Source of the DNA: Treponemataceae bacterium
Lineage (GTDB): Bacteria > Spirochaetota > Spirochaetia > Treponematales > Rectinemataceae
Direction of reading: 5' to 3'
NCBI GenBank assembly: GCA_963678065.2
Contig: CAXXVZ010000003.1
Coordinates: 672,001-736,000 of the forward strand
DNA: 64,000 nucleotides
Below, piece after piece: positions 28,750 to 38,450 of this stretch (within the stretch, counting starts at the first letter, position 1; every line of letters starts with the position of its first letter). Position numbers and translations under genes: made by a program. The notes below the pieces were generated by a model. That model saw nothing but the letters and a program-made list of their open reading frames with translations. It did no database searches and had not been told where the DNA came from.

Positions 28750-30477
28750 CTAGACATTCTTCTTGCCGCCGTCCCTCTGTTTGAGAAGGTCGCCGAGCGT
28801 GTAGCCGTCAGAACTGTCGTCCTGCATGAAGCGGGACATCTCTTCCCTTTGCTGGCGGTGTACGAGATCGCGGATGGAGAGACCGAGCTTCTGCCTGTCG
28901 GGGCTGAGTTCGACCACCGTCGCCTTGACTGCCATGCCCGCCTGGAAGCGCTTGAGCGCGTCGTCGTAGAGCTCGTCCTTGTTTTCGGAGAGATCCTGCT
29001 TCTTGATGAGTCCCTCGATCTCGCCCTGCACCTTCACGAAGACGCCGAAATCGGTGACGGAGGTGACCACGCCTTCGACGATCGAGCCCATGCGGAAAGC
29101 TTTGGCGAAGGAGCGCCAGGGATCCTCGGAGAGCTGTTTGATGCCGAGCCTGATGTTCCTGTCCGCGGGATCGCTCTCGATGACCATGACTTCGACTTCC
29201 TGCCCGACCTCGAACTCGGAGGCCACATTCTTGATCTTTTTGGTCCAGGAGATATCGTCGACATGGAGGAACCCGTCTATGCCCTCTTCCAGCTCGACAA
29301 AGGCGCCCGCTGCAGTGATCTTGACGATCTTGCGGGTCAGCCTCATGCCGAAGGGATAGCGTTCGGAGACGTTGTCCCATGGATTCTGCTGTATCTGCTT
29401 GAGGCCGAGGGAAACCTTGCCGGCTTGGAGGTCGTAGTTGAGGATCATGCAGTCCACAAGGTCGCCGGGATGGAGCATCTCTTCCGGCTTGCGGAGTTTG
29501 CGCACCCAAGAGAACTCGGAGATGTGTGCGAGGCCCTCGATGCCCTCTTCCACCTCGATGAAGGCGCCATAGTCGGTGAGCTTGGTGACCTTGCCCTTGA
29601 CGATGTCGCCGACATGGTAGCGCTCTTCGAAGGTGAACCAGGGATCAGGGGTGAAATGCTTGAGGGAGAGGTTGATCCGGCGCTCTTCAGGCTCCATGCG
29701 GATGACTTTGAGCTCGATCTCCTGCCCTTTCTTCACGAAATCCTTGGGCCGGGTGACGTGGCCCCAGCTCATGTCGTTGATGTGGAGCAGTCCATCGAAG
29801 CCACCGAGATCGATGAAGGCGCCGAAGCTGGTGAAGCTCTTGACCTCGCCCTTGACGGTGTCGCCGATCTGGATGTTGCCGAAGAAGGCTTCGCGGCGCT
29901 TGTCGATATCCTCTTCCATCCATTTACGGCGGTTGAGGACGATGTTTACTTTCTTCTCGGAGTACAGGCGCTCAAGATAGAACATGGTCTTGAGTCCGAT
30001 GAGCTTGTCGCCTTTCTCTATTCTCTGGACATCGGCCTTGGAAGCGGGAAGGAAGCCTTTCAGTCCGTGTCCGAGATCGACTTCGAAACCACCTTTTATC
30101 TCCTTCTCGATTGTGCCTTCCACAGGAAGGTGATCCTTGAAGGAGTTGGCGATCATTTTCCAGTACATCTTTTCGTCGGCCCGTTTCTTGGACACGACGA
30201 TGTCGCCGGAATGAGTCTCTTTCTTGACGAGGATGACGCTGACGGTATCTCCAACCTTGGGCGCCACTTCGCCGAACTCGGCCATGGGGATCTTGCCTTC
30301 GGACTTGTATCCGATGTCGACGAAAACAAAATCACCGGTCACTTGGATGACGTGACCTTCTATAAGGTCGCCCTCCTCCAGGCCCTCAAGGCTCTTGAGG
30401 TACTGCTCCTGCAATTGTGTCTGGAATTCGTCCCGGGAGGGTGCGGCGGCTTCCATTTCCACTTCCTTAATGCCCAT
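28750..30477 (-). CDS. rpsA: 30S ribosomal protein S1
   Basis: Repeated S1 domains (FGAFIDLGGFDGLLHI, YGAFIEVEEGIEGLAHISE). Confidence 0.96.
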   Translation of the reverse strand: MGIKEVEMEAAAPSRDEFQTQLQEQYLKSLEGLEEGDLIEGHVIQVTGDFVFVDIGYKSEGKIPMAEFGEVAPKVGDTVSVILVKKETHSGDIVVSKKRADEKMYWKMIANSFKDHLPVEGTIEKEIKGGFEVDLGHGLKGFLPASKADVQRIEKGDKLIGLKTMFYLERLYSEKKVNIVLNRRKWMEEDIDKRREAFFGNIQIGDTVKGEVKSFTSFGAFIDLGGFDGLLHINDMSWGHVTRPKDFVKKGQEIELKVIRMEPEERRINLSLKHFTPDPWFTFEERYHVGDIVKGKVTKLTDYGAFIEVEEGIEGLAHISEFSWVRKLRKPEEMLHPGDLVDCMILNYDLQAGKVSLGLKQIQQNPWDNVSERYPFGMRLTRKIVKITAAGAFVELEEGIDGFLHVDDISWTKKIKNVASEFEVGQEVEVMVIESDPADRNIRLGIKQLSEDPWRSFAKAFRMGSIVEGVVTSVTDFGVFVKVQGEIEGLIKKQDLSENKDELYDDALKRFQAGMAVKATVVELSPDRQKLGLSIRDLVHRQQREEMSRFMQDDSSDGYTLGDLLKQRDGGKKNV

Positions 30478-31120
30478 ATAATTCCCTTTGATGAAGAATT
30501 TTCCTGTATACTTTCTCATAAACTTGACCCATGGTCAAGTCTGAGCTGTCCAAATATTCCGCATCCGCGGCAATTTTGAGCGGTCCGACGGATTTGCTCC
30601 GGTCGATTTCATCCCGCATCGCGATATTCGCGACTATTTTTGCATAATCGTCGCCGCTCGTCCCCTGGGAAAGACGCCGTCTCGCGCGCGCGCCGATGCT
30701 GGCGTCGAGGAAAAACTTGACTTCGGCATCGGGAAAAACGACGGTCGTCATGTCCCGACCTTCCGCGACCACGTCCCCCCGTCCCGCTATCTGCCTGACA
30801 TGGATGTTCACCACTTCGCGCAAGGCGGGGATGGCCGAGACCTGGGCCACACGTGCGTCGACCTCGGCTGAATGGAGCTTGTCCTCAACGTCGACGCCAT
30901 CCAGAAAGAGACGCTGCCCGCGGTACTGTATGTCCGCGCCAGCGGCGCAGGCAGTCATGGCTGCAGTGTCGGAGAGTCCGATACCGCAGAGGATACCCCG
31001 CAGGGTCATCGCCCTGTAGAGGTTCCCGGAATTGACGTACACGAAGCCGAGGGTTTCGGCCACCATCTTCGCGATCGAGGACTTGCCCGATCCGGCCGGA
31101 CCATCTATGGCGACGACCAT
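30467..31120 (-). CDS. cmk: Cytidylate kinase (bacterial type)
   Basis: AIDGPAGSGKS, GNLYRA, EGRDMTTVVFPDA. Confidence 0.95.
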   Translation of the reverse strand: MVVAIDGPAGSGKSSIAKMVAETLGFVYVNSGNLYRAMTLRGILCGIGLSDTAAMTACAAGADIQYRGQRLFLDGVDVEDKLHSAEVDARVAQVSAIPALREVVNIHVRQIAGRGDVVAEGRDMTTVVFPDAEVKFFLDASIGARARRRLSQGTSGDDYAKIVANIAMRDEIDRSKSVGPLKIAADAEYLDSSDLTMGQVYEKVYRKILHQRELYGH

Positions 31121-31122
31121 GC

Positions 31123-31902
31123 TCACCCCCTGTCCCTGAGGGCTTCCGCCCTGAGTCTTTCGACCTCGAAGGGCGTAAGATCGCGGAAGGTCCCCACGGG
31201 AAGCCCGGCGACGGTCAGAAAACCTATCCTGATGCGACACAGCGAGAGGGCCCGGAGCCCGAATGCCTCGAGGACACGCCGGATTTCCCTGTTCCTTCCT
31301 TCCACGAGGACGACGCTGGCTGTGGTCGGACCAGTCGGCTCGACCCTGAGCGCCCGGTAGCGCTGCCCTTCGATGACGATGCCGCTCCGGAAGCGGGTGG
31401 CGAAATCGCGGGGAAGAGGGAGATCGGCGACGACTTCGTACTCCTTTTCGATCCTGCCCGAGGGATGACCGAGGAGGGCTGCGAAATCGCCATCGTTAGT
31501 GAAGAGGATGAGTCCGGAAGACCACTGGTCGAGCCTTCCGATGTTGTACACCCGCTCGGTCACCGCGTCCGGCAGCAAATCGACGGCGAGGGGCCGGCCT
31601 TCCGGATCCGACATGGAACAGAGATAGCCGGCAGGCTTGTGCAGAAGGATATAGCGCAGCCTCTCCTGTATCCGCACACGGTTCCCGTCGAGACAGACCT
31701 CGTCGGAGGCCTCCACCTTGGTTCCCAGCACCGAAACGACCGCGCCGTTGACGGATACGCGTCCAGCCGTGATGAGTTCCTCCGAGGCTCTGCGGGAGGC
31801 TACTCCAGCCCGGGCTAGGAAGAGCTGGAGACGCATGGGACCTCTGCCGGAACCGCCGGAGTCGGGGGCCGGTCCGGGACTCGGTGATTTATTGTTCATC
31901 AT
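31123..31902 (-). CDS. rluB: RsuA-family pseudouridine synthase (RluB-like)
   Basis: S4 domain RLQLFLARAGVASRR, HKPAG, GRLD, EGRNREIRR; follows scpB; start uncertain. Confidence 0.85.
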   Translation of the reverse strand: MMNNKSPSPGPAPDSGGSGRGPMRLQLFLARAGVASRRASEELITAGRVSVNGAVVSVLGTKVEASDEVCLDGNRVRIQERLRYILLHKPAGYLCSMSDPEGRPLAVDLLPDAVTERVYNIGRLDQWSSGLILFTNDGDFAALLGHPSGRIEKEYEVVADLPLPRDFATRFRSGIVIEGQRYRALRVEPTGPTTASVVLVEGRNREIRRVLEAFGLRALSLCRIRIGFLTVAGLPVGTFRDLTPFEVERLRAEALRDRG

Positions 31903-32440
31903 CTGATCTGAACCTCTCTCGTTCCAGTTCATTCAATTTCGGAAGGTCGGCTATGGATCCCAGCCGGAAATACTTGAGGAATTCCTTGGTTGTTCCGTAT
32001 TGCGTCGGTCTGCCCGGAGCGTCTTTCTTGCCCACTTCGTGGACGAAACCCTTGTCGAGGAGGTAGCGGATCATGCCGTCGGCCGAAACGCCGCGGATAG
32101 CTTCGATTTCCGACCTGGTCACAGGCTGGGAGTAGGCCACGATCGAGAGGGTTTGCATGGCCGCCGCGGAGAGTCGCGAGTCGTTCTTCTTTCCGTACCT
32201 GTCCTTGAGTTCGTCCCAGAGGCTGAGCTTCGGCACGAAGAGCCAGCCGCCTCCGGACTTCATCGGCTCGAGGCCGTGGCTGGACGCCGCATAGTCTTCG
32301 GCCAGCTGCTCCAGGGCCAATGTGACGATTTCGGGAGAAAGTCCCGTGATGCGGGCGATGGAGGCTTCGTCCACAGCTTCGGACTCGAGGAAAAGGACGG
32401 TCTCGACAAGGGCGGCCTCGCGTTCAAGCCTCGTTTCCAT
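31889..32440 (-). CDS. scpB: SMC-Scp subunit ScpB
   Basis: LSAAAMQTLSIVAYSQPVTRSEIEAIRGV, GRPTQYGTT..FL. Confidence 0.95.
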   Translation of the reverse strand: METRLEREAALVETVLFLESEAVDEASIARITGLSPEIVTLALEQLAEDYAASSHGLEPMKSGGGWLFVPKLSLWDELKDRYGKKNDSRLSAAAMQTLSIVAYSQPVTRSEIEAIRGVSADGMIRYLLDKGFVHEVGKKDAPGRPTQYGTTKEFLKYFRLGSIADLPKLNELERERFRSDDEQ

Positions 32441-33215
32441 GGTTCTCCTCAGGGTAATCCCCGTGCCTGCGGATCACGATGTCGCCGAAGAGCCTGTGCT
32501 GATAAATCGATATGACGCGATATTTCACCGATTCGAGCAGGGCCAAAAAGGCACAGACGAAATCCATGGTCGACTGCCGGCGCGTGATGAGGTCTGTGAA
32601 GGAGAAGAACTCCCTTTCGGCGAGCAGTTCGTGGACGAGGGCGATTTTTTCGTTGATGCTGACCTCTTCGTACATGTCGATGATGCGTTCGGTGTTGACG
32701 TGGGTGACGAGGGAGGAAAAAGTCTTGAGGAGGTCCCAGACATCCAGTTTTTCCCAGAGTTCGCCCTCGTCTGAAAAGGGGAGTTGGCGTTGGATTTTGG
32801 TCCGCTCGACGCTCCACTCCACTTCCATCTCCCGGCGCTCCATCATCTCGGATATCTTCTTGTATTTCTGGTACTCGATGAGCTTTTCTATGAGTTCGTG
32901 CCGAGGATCCTCGATTTCATCCCCAAGGTCCAGCTCCACGGGCAGGAGCATCCGCGATTTGATGTAGAGGAGGGTCGCGGCCATAGAGTAGAACTCGGAG
33001 AGGTCGTCCAGATCGACGTCCTTGCCCTCGTCGAGACAGACAAGGAATTGTTCCGTTATGGATGCGACCGGAATGTCGTATACGCTCACCTCGTTTTTTT
33101 TTATGAGGAATAGAAGGAGGTCGAGGGGGCCTTCGAAATCCTTGAGGCGATACCGTCGTCCTTCGCTCGCGTAGGCTTCCGTTTCGGCGGTACGGCCGGT
33201 CTGGGCTTGGGGCAT
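32424..33215 (-). CDS. scpA: SMC-Scp subunit ScpA
   Basis: FEGPLDLLLFLI, AATLLYIKSRMLLP, FLALLE. Confidence 0.95.
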   Translation of the reverse strand: MPQAQTGRTAETEAYASEGRRYRLKDFEGPLDLLLFLIKKNEVSVYDIPVASITEQFLVCLDEGKDVDLDDLSEFYSMAATLLYIKSRMLLPVELDLGDEIEDPRHELIEKLIEYQKYKKISEMMERREMEVEWSVERTKIQRQLPFSDEGELWEKLDVWDLLKTFSSLVTHVNTERIIDMYEEVSINEKIALVHELLAEREFFSFTDLITRRQSTMDFVCAFLALLESVKYRVISIYQHRLFGDIVIRRHGDYPEENHGNEA

Positions 33216-33737
33216 TTAGGGGTAGAATAGAACATCGGACGCGGCTTGTGCAAGGCAAATGCCCTGAGGAGGAAGGCTGCGGAGATTCTCCGCCATGAGT
33301 CTTCCCGAAACCGGGTCCCTGAGGAGAGGCGACAGTTCCGCGAGGGGGAGGAGGACGAATTTCCGTTCCCGCATCAGCGCGTGGGGTATGACAAGATTGG
33401 GTTCGGCGATGATCCGGGCGCCATAGAGAAGGATATCGATGTCGAGGCTGCGCGGTCCCTTGAAGCTCTCTCTGGAGCGGTCCCTTCCATAGCGGGCCTC
33501 GATGCCGTTCACGAAGGCGAGGAGCTCGCGCGGCGAAAGCCCCGTTTCGGCTTCGAGGACGGCGTTGAAAAAATCCGGCTGATCCTCCACATACCTCGCG
33601 CGACTCCTCCAGATCGAGGAAAGCCGGGTACTGGAGAGTTTTTCCCCCAGATCGGCCACCGCGGCGGCGAGGATGCCGCCCGGGGAGAGTCCGCCCCGGC
33701 TCATATTGGAGCCGAGGCCGAGGTAGATCCGCTCCAC
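33216..33737 (-). CDS. folK: 6-hydroxymethyl-7,8-dihydropterin pyrophosphokinase
   Basis: YLGLGSN, QPDFFNAV, GPRSLDIDILLY, IPH..MRERKFVLLPL; GTG start just after the recA stop. Confidence 0.93.
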   Translation of the reverse strand: MERIYLGLGSNMSRGGLSPGGILAAAVADLGEKLSSTRLSSIWRSRARYVEDQPDFFNAVLEAETGLSPRELLAFVNGIEARYGRDRSRESFKGPRSLDIDILLYGARIIAEPNLVIPHALMRERKFVLLPLAELSPLLRDPVSGRLMAENLRSLPPQGICLAQAASDVLFYP

Positions 33738-33739
33738 GA

Positions 33740-35023
33740 TCAGAAGAGGGCGTCGTCCTTGCCGCTGGCCGCGCCGACGGGACGGCCCAGGTCTGCGGGA
33801 ATGGCGATTCCGGCATCGGAAGCCGCCGCGCTCTTGGGCGGGCGTCCCGGTCCCCTCTTCTCGGCGGCCGGGGAGGCGGAAACCGCCGCAGGGGCCACTC
33901 CGCCCGCAGCTCCCGCACCCTGCGCCGGAGCTGCCTCGCTGCCGGCGGCGGAAGTCAGGCCGGAATCGGCGGATCCCTTTACGGGGAACATTTTGGCACG
34001 GATCTTTGCGTCCAGCTCGCGGGCGAAGTCGGTGTTCTGTTCCAGGTAGAGCTTGGCGTTGTCCCTGCCCTGCCCCACCTTCTCCTCGCCGCAGGTGTAC
34101 CATGACCCGCGCTTTTCGACGAGGCCATACTTTACCGCCGCGTCGATGAGGGATCCGGAGTAGGAAATTCCCTTGCCGAAGATGATCTCCACCTCGACTT
34201 TGCGGAAGGGCGGAGCAACCTTGTTTTTGACGATCTTGACTCTGACCTTGTTGCCGACCGCCTCTTCGTCGCCCTTCTCGATGGTTTCGATCTTGCGCAC
34301 CTCTATGCGGACGGAGGCGTAGAACTTGAGAGCGTTGCCGCCTGTCGTCGTCTCGGGATTGCCAAACATGACACCGATCTTCATGCGGATCTGGTTGATG
34401 AAGATGAGGATGGTCTTGCTCTTGGACAGCGTGCCCGTGAGCTTGCGCAGGGCCTGGCTCATGAGTCGGGCCTGGAGTCCGACGTGGGCGTCGCCCATGT
34501 CGCCCTCGATCTCGGCCTGTGGAGTCAGGGCCGCGACAGAGTCGATGACAATGATGTCGACCGCACCCGAGCGGATCAGGGATTCCGCTATGTCGAGGGC
34601 CTGCTCGCCGTTGTCGGGCTGGGAAACCCAGAGCTCGTCCACATCCACGCCCAGATTTTTCGCGTAGACGGGATCGAGAGCGTGTTCGGCGTCGATGAAG
34701 GCCGCGATGCCGCCCTTTTTCTGGGCCTCGGCTATGGCGTGGAGGGCGAGGGTCGTCTTGCCCGAAGATTCCGGGCCATAGATCTCGATGACGCGCCCTC
34801 TCGGAAAGCCTCCGATCCCGAGGGCCTCGTCGATGAGGATGGAACCTGAGGGGATGACGTCGATTCCCGGCGCATTCTCGAAGGATCCAAGCTTCATGAT
34901 GGATCCCAGACCGAACTGCTTCTCGATCTGAAGCCGCGCGACTTCCAGTGCCTTGAGCTTTTCGCTCTGTTCCGGTTGCGGCTTGTCGGACTGTCCGGCG
35001 GCCTGCTCCATTTTCCTGACCAT
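33740..35023 (-). CDS. recA: Recombinase RecA with a long low-complexity C-terminal tail
   Basis: [56 protein letters not shown]. Confidence 0.98.
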   Translation of the reverse strand: MVRKMEQAAGQSDKPQPEQSEKLKALEVARLQIEKQFGLGSIMKLGSFENAPGIDVIPSGSILIDEALGIGGFPRGRVIEIYGPESSGKTTLALHAIAEAQKKGGIAAFIDAEHALDPVYAKNLGVDVDELWVSQPDNGEQALDIAESLIRSGAVDIIVIDSVAALTPQAEIEGDMGDAHVGLQARLMSQALRKLTGTLSKSKTILIFINQIRMKIGVMFGNPETTTGGNALKFYASVRIEVRKIETIEKGDEEAVGNKVRVKIVKNKVAPPFRKVEVEIIFGKGISYSGSLIDAAVKYGLVEKRGSWYTCGEEKVGQGRDNAKLYLEQNTDFARELDAKIRAKMFPVKGSADSGLTSAAGSEAAPAQGAGAAGGVAPAAVSASPAAEKRGPGRPPKSAAASDAGIAIPADLGRPVGAASGKDDALF

Positions 35024-35087
35024 GATTCCTCCACTGTCTACTGTACGCACCGGAATCGTCTTTCCGATTGAACGAAGTGGAATTATA

Positions 35088-36440
35088 TCAGACTTTTCTC
35101 ACGATCTCCAGAGGAGAGAGTCTCGCGGCCTTCCGGGCTGGCAGAAGGGATACCGCGGCGCAGAGAATGAGGGCGAGCGCGGCGATGAGGGCGATGGCTC
35201 CCGGCCTGAAGTCGACGGGGATCGAGCTCAGGTAGAACGAAGGATCGAGGAGGCGGAAGCCGGATGCCGGAATCGGGGCTCCCGAGAGGCCAGCGATGAG
35301 GCCGGAGAAGATATTCACCATCCTTTCAAGCAAGCCGATGATGTCGTTGATTCGCCAGGCGAGAAGGCTCCCCGCCGCGAGACCCGCGATCGTGCCGATG
35401 CCTCCGGTGAAAACCCCTGCATACAGGAACACGAGGCCGATGAAGACCGGCGACGCGCCTGTCGCCTTGAGAACGGCGATATCCTGCCTCCGTTCGACGA
35501 TGAGCATGGAGAGGGCAGACCCGACGTTGACGGCGGCAACAGCCACGGCGATGGCCATGATGAGGACGAGGAGGGCTCTGGTCGTCGAAAAAGACTTGAA
35601 GAGGCTCTGCTCGATTTCCGGCCAGGTCCTGACGTACCAGGATGACCCGCCGCGGGAATCCTGCGCCTTGAGCTCGCTCTCGATCCTCGCGCGCATCGAG
35701 TCGATCCGCGAGCTGTAAGGATCGTGCACTTTGATGCCCACCATGAACCTGGCTGTCTCGGGCGCGAGGATTTTGGCCCCGGAATCTTCGTTCACGAAGA
35801 GCCAGAGTGAGTCGAGCTCCCTGTACCCCGCGCTCACGATGCCCTTCACCCTGAAGAAGCTCAGTTTCGGAACCAGCTCCGGCACATTGTTTTCGGAGGC
35901 GTAGGATTTCGCGGTCATGAGGCTGAATGAGTCGCCCGTTTTGAGGCCGAGACCGCGGGCAAGAGCCTCGCCCAGCACCGCGTCGCGCCCGCGCATGTCT
36001 CCCGTGCTGCCTGAAACCGTTTCGAGATAGGTTTTGACGCCCGGATCGGAGAAAAAATCCTTGCCGACGGAACGGATGAGGGCGTTGGCGGTGTTCCCGC
36101 CCGCGAGCGCGATTCCGGGTCCCTGCGTCTCGGGTATGACAGAAACGATGTCAGGCAGGCTCCGCAGAGTTTCAAGCACCCTTTGCTTCTGATCCGGATC
36201 CTCCGGGGCCGCCCCGCTGCCCGTGAAGCTCGCCTGGAGATGGTAGGTCCCCGTCTCGATGTAGCGCGCCGTTATACCCTCGATCATGCCATCCGAGACA
36301 ACGAGAACCACGACGAGGGGGACCAGGCTGAGGGCAACCCCGAGTACGGCCCCGAGGAGGTAGCGCTGCCCCTTCTCGCCTTTGCCGCTCCTTCCTGTTA
36401 GGAAACTGCGCGCGAGCAGGACCGCGGGGAGGGTATTCAT
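35088..36440 (-). CDS. LolC/E (FtsX/MacB-type) ABC permease
   Basis: TM1, large periplasmic domain, [24 protein letters not shown]. Confidence 0.85.
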   Translation of the reverse strand: MNTLPAVLLARSFLTGRSGKGEKGQRYLLGAVLGVALSLVPLVVVLVVSDGMIEGITARYIETGTYHLQASFTGSGAAPEDPDQKQRVLETLRSLPDIVSVIPETQGPGIALAGGNTANALIRSVGKDFFSDPGVKTYLETVSGSTGDMRGRDAVLGEALARGLGLKTGDSFSLMTAKSYASENNVPELVPKLSFFRVKGIVSAGYRELDSLWLFVNEDSGAKILAPETARFMVGIKVHDPYSSRIDSMRARIESELKAQDSRGGSSWYVRTWPEIEQSLFKSFSTTRALLVLIMAIAVAVAAVNVGSALSMLIVERRQDIAVLKATGASPVFIGLVFLYAGVFTGGIGTIAGLAAGSLLAWRINDIIGLLERMVNIFSGLIAGLSGAPIPASGFRLLDPSFYLSSIPVDFRPGAIALIAALALILCAAVSLLPARKAARLSPLEIVRKV

Positions 36441-37117
36441 CGCAGGCTCAGCCTTCCGTTTTCGAGGAGGTACTGTTTCCCGGCAGTCGCGGCGAGCCCG
36501 GGATCGTGGGTCACGAGGACGAGGGTCGCGCCGCAGGAAGCCGGCAGCCCGAAGAGTATATCGCGGACTCCCTCTGCGCTCGCCTTGTCGAGATTGCCTG
36601 TCGGCTCGTCGGCGAGGACGAGGGCCGGCTGGTTCACGATGGCGCGCGCGATGGCCGCGCGCTGCCTCTCCCCGCCCGAGAGCTGCGAAGGATAGTGGTC
36701 GCAGCGGCCGGAGAGCCCCAGGGACTCCAGGATGGCCGTGGCCCTCTCCATGGCCTCGCGGCGGGACTTCCCGGCCATGAGCGCAGGCATGGCGACATTC
36801 TCGCGGGCGGAGAGATCCTTGAGGAGGTAGTGGAACTGGAAGACGAATCCGGTCACGAGGGAGCGATACTCGGTGAGTTTTTTCTCGGGCAGGGAATCGA
36901 GCCGCCACTCCCCCACCCGGACCTTTCCCGAAGTCGCGCGGTCGAGGCCTCCGAGTATGGATAGAAGGGTGCTTTTCCCGGAGCCGCTCGCTCCCGTGAC
37001 AGCCACGCTCGCGCCGCGTTCCACGGAAAAATCCAGTTCCTTCAGGATCGCGAGATTCTCGGCGTCGGTCGTGTAGGTCTTGCAGAGCCCGACGCATTCG
37101 ATAAGGTTTTCATTCAT
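36437..37117 (-). CDS. lolD: LolD-type ABC ATPase
   Basis: GASGSGKST, GFVFQFHYLL, LSGGERQR, LADEPTGNLD. Confidence 0.85.
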   Translation of the reverse strand: MNENLIECVGLCKTYTTDAENLAILKELDFSVERGASVAVTGASGSGKSTLLSILGGLDRATSGKVRVGEWRLDSLPEKKLTEYRSLVTGFVFQFHYLLKDLSARENVAMPALMAGKSRREAMERATAILESLGLSGRCDHYPSQLSGGERQRAAIARAIVNQPALVLADEPTGNLDKASAEGVRDILFGLPASCGATLVLVTHDPGLAATAGKQYLLENGRLSLR

Positions 37118-38450
37118 ACCGCAACACCTGTGCCGGGTCGAGCCGCGACAACCGTGAAGCCGCCGAACCGGCGGCGAAAGCCGAGGAAGCGATGGCCGCG
37201 CCCGCTATGAAGGTGGTTTCCGCAAAGGAAACCCGCACGGGAACATCGACAAGATAGAAATACCGCGGCGAAAAAATCCGGTAGTCGCCGGCCTTTCCTC
37301 CCGCCAGGCTCGCCACGAGCCCCATTACGGCCTTCGTCAAGAATTCCGCGAGCTGGAAGATGCCGTTTATGTTGTACACGATGGCGAGTCCCGCGGCGAG
37401 TCCGAGGGCGGCTCCGGCGAGTCCGACCGCTATGCCGTCGAGAAGAAATACGGCGGCAATGTCGGAGGCGCGACCTCCCATGGCGCGGATCACTGCGATC
37501 TCCACAGTCCGCTGGGCCACATTGCGTCGCATCGCGTGGTGGATATTCACTCCCACTACGAGGAATATGAGTCCGACGAGGAGCATCATGACCGTCTTTT
37601 CGGTCCGGAGAGCCCCGAAAAAAGCCCTGTTGTAGGAGCGCCACGACTGAATGTGCGAGGAAGGGATGCTTGTCTCGGCCGCAATGGCCGCGACGGCGCG
37701 CCCATCGGCGTAGCGGTTGTCCAGCTTGACACCGTAGGTCAGGTTTCCTGACGATCCGGGCGGTACAAGAGGCTCCAAGGTGGCGAAGTCGGCGAGAGCG
37801 AGGCCCGAATCGAACTCGTAGTACCCTGACCGGAATATCTCCGAGACCCTGACTGTGGTGCTTTTTGTCGACGCGCCCTCGTCGGGATCGCTGACTACGG
37901 ACAAAAGGCTGAGGGTATCGCCGACGGAAACATCCAGCTTGCGGGCGAGTTCCGAGCCGATGAGGAGGCCTCCCGCCCCGGGCATATCCTTGCCCGAAAG
38001 TCCGAGGGCGGCGGCCATTCCGGAATCGCGGAGAAAAGCGTCGAAGGGGAGAGCGCGCAGGGAAATGACCATCGCGGATCGCGTCGCCGAGGAGCCGAGG
38101 CAGCGCAGTTCCCGGAACGGAAGGACGCTGCGTACGCCGGGCAGGGATCGGATGCGGTCCGAAAGTTCATCCGTGAGCTCGCTCCTGGAATCGCCAGAAG
38201 GCCCGCCCTTGAACGCGGGAGACTTCTCGCCGGCCCCTTTCTCGATCCGTATGTGGAAGCTCGAGACTTCGAGGATGGAATCGATGTAGCCACCCTGAAA
38301 ACCATTCATTACGCCAAGGACGACAATGAGAGCCGCGACGCCGACAGCCATCCCCGCGGCGGGGAGAACCGAAAGTGCAGGAATCCTCCTGTTTCTCCCT
38401 GTCAGGAACCAGCGTCTGACGAGGAGTCCGATCCAGGGAGAAGATTTCAC
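37110..38450 (-). CDS. LolC/E-type ABC permease
   Basis: GVAALIVVLGVMNGF, EKTVM, EIAVIRAMG, LDPAQVLRYE; GTG overlaps the ftsY stop. Confidence 0.85.
   Translation of the reverse strand: MKSSPWIGLLVRRWFLTGRNRRIPALSVLPAAGMAVGVAALIVVLGVMNGFQGGYIDSILEVSSFHIRIEKGAGEKSPAFKGGPSGDSRSELTDELSDRIRSLPGVRSVLPFRELRCLGSSATRSAMVISLRALPFDAFLRDSGMAAALGLSGKDMPGAGGLLIGSELARKLDVSVGDTLSLLSVVSDPDEGASTKSTTVRVSEIFRSGYYEFDSGLALADFATLEPLVPPGSSGNLTYGVKLDNRYADGRAVAAIAAETSIPSSHIQSWRSYNRAFFGALRTEKTVMMLLVGLIFLVVGVNIHHAMRRNVAQRTVEIAVIRAMGGRASDIAAVFLLDGIAVGLAGAALGLAAGLAIVYNINGIFQLAEFLTKAVMGLVASLAGGKAGDYRIFSPRYFYLVDVPVRVSFAETTFIAGAAIASSAFAAGSAASRLSRLDPAQVLRYE

Noticed and set aside
28849..30579. 576 aa plus-strand ORF opposite rpsA
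   Set aside because: Antisense shadow produced by strong codon bias; no motifs; rpsA accounts for the region
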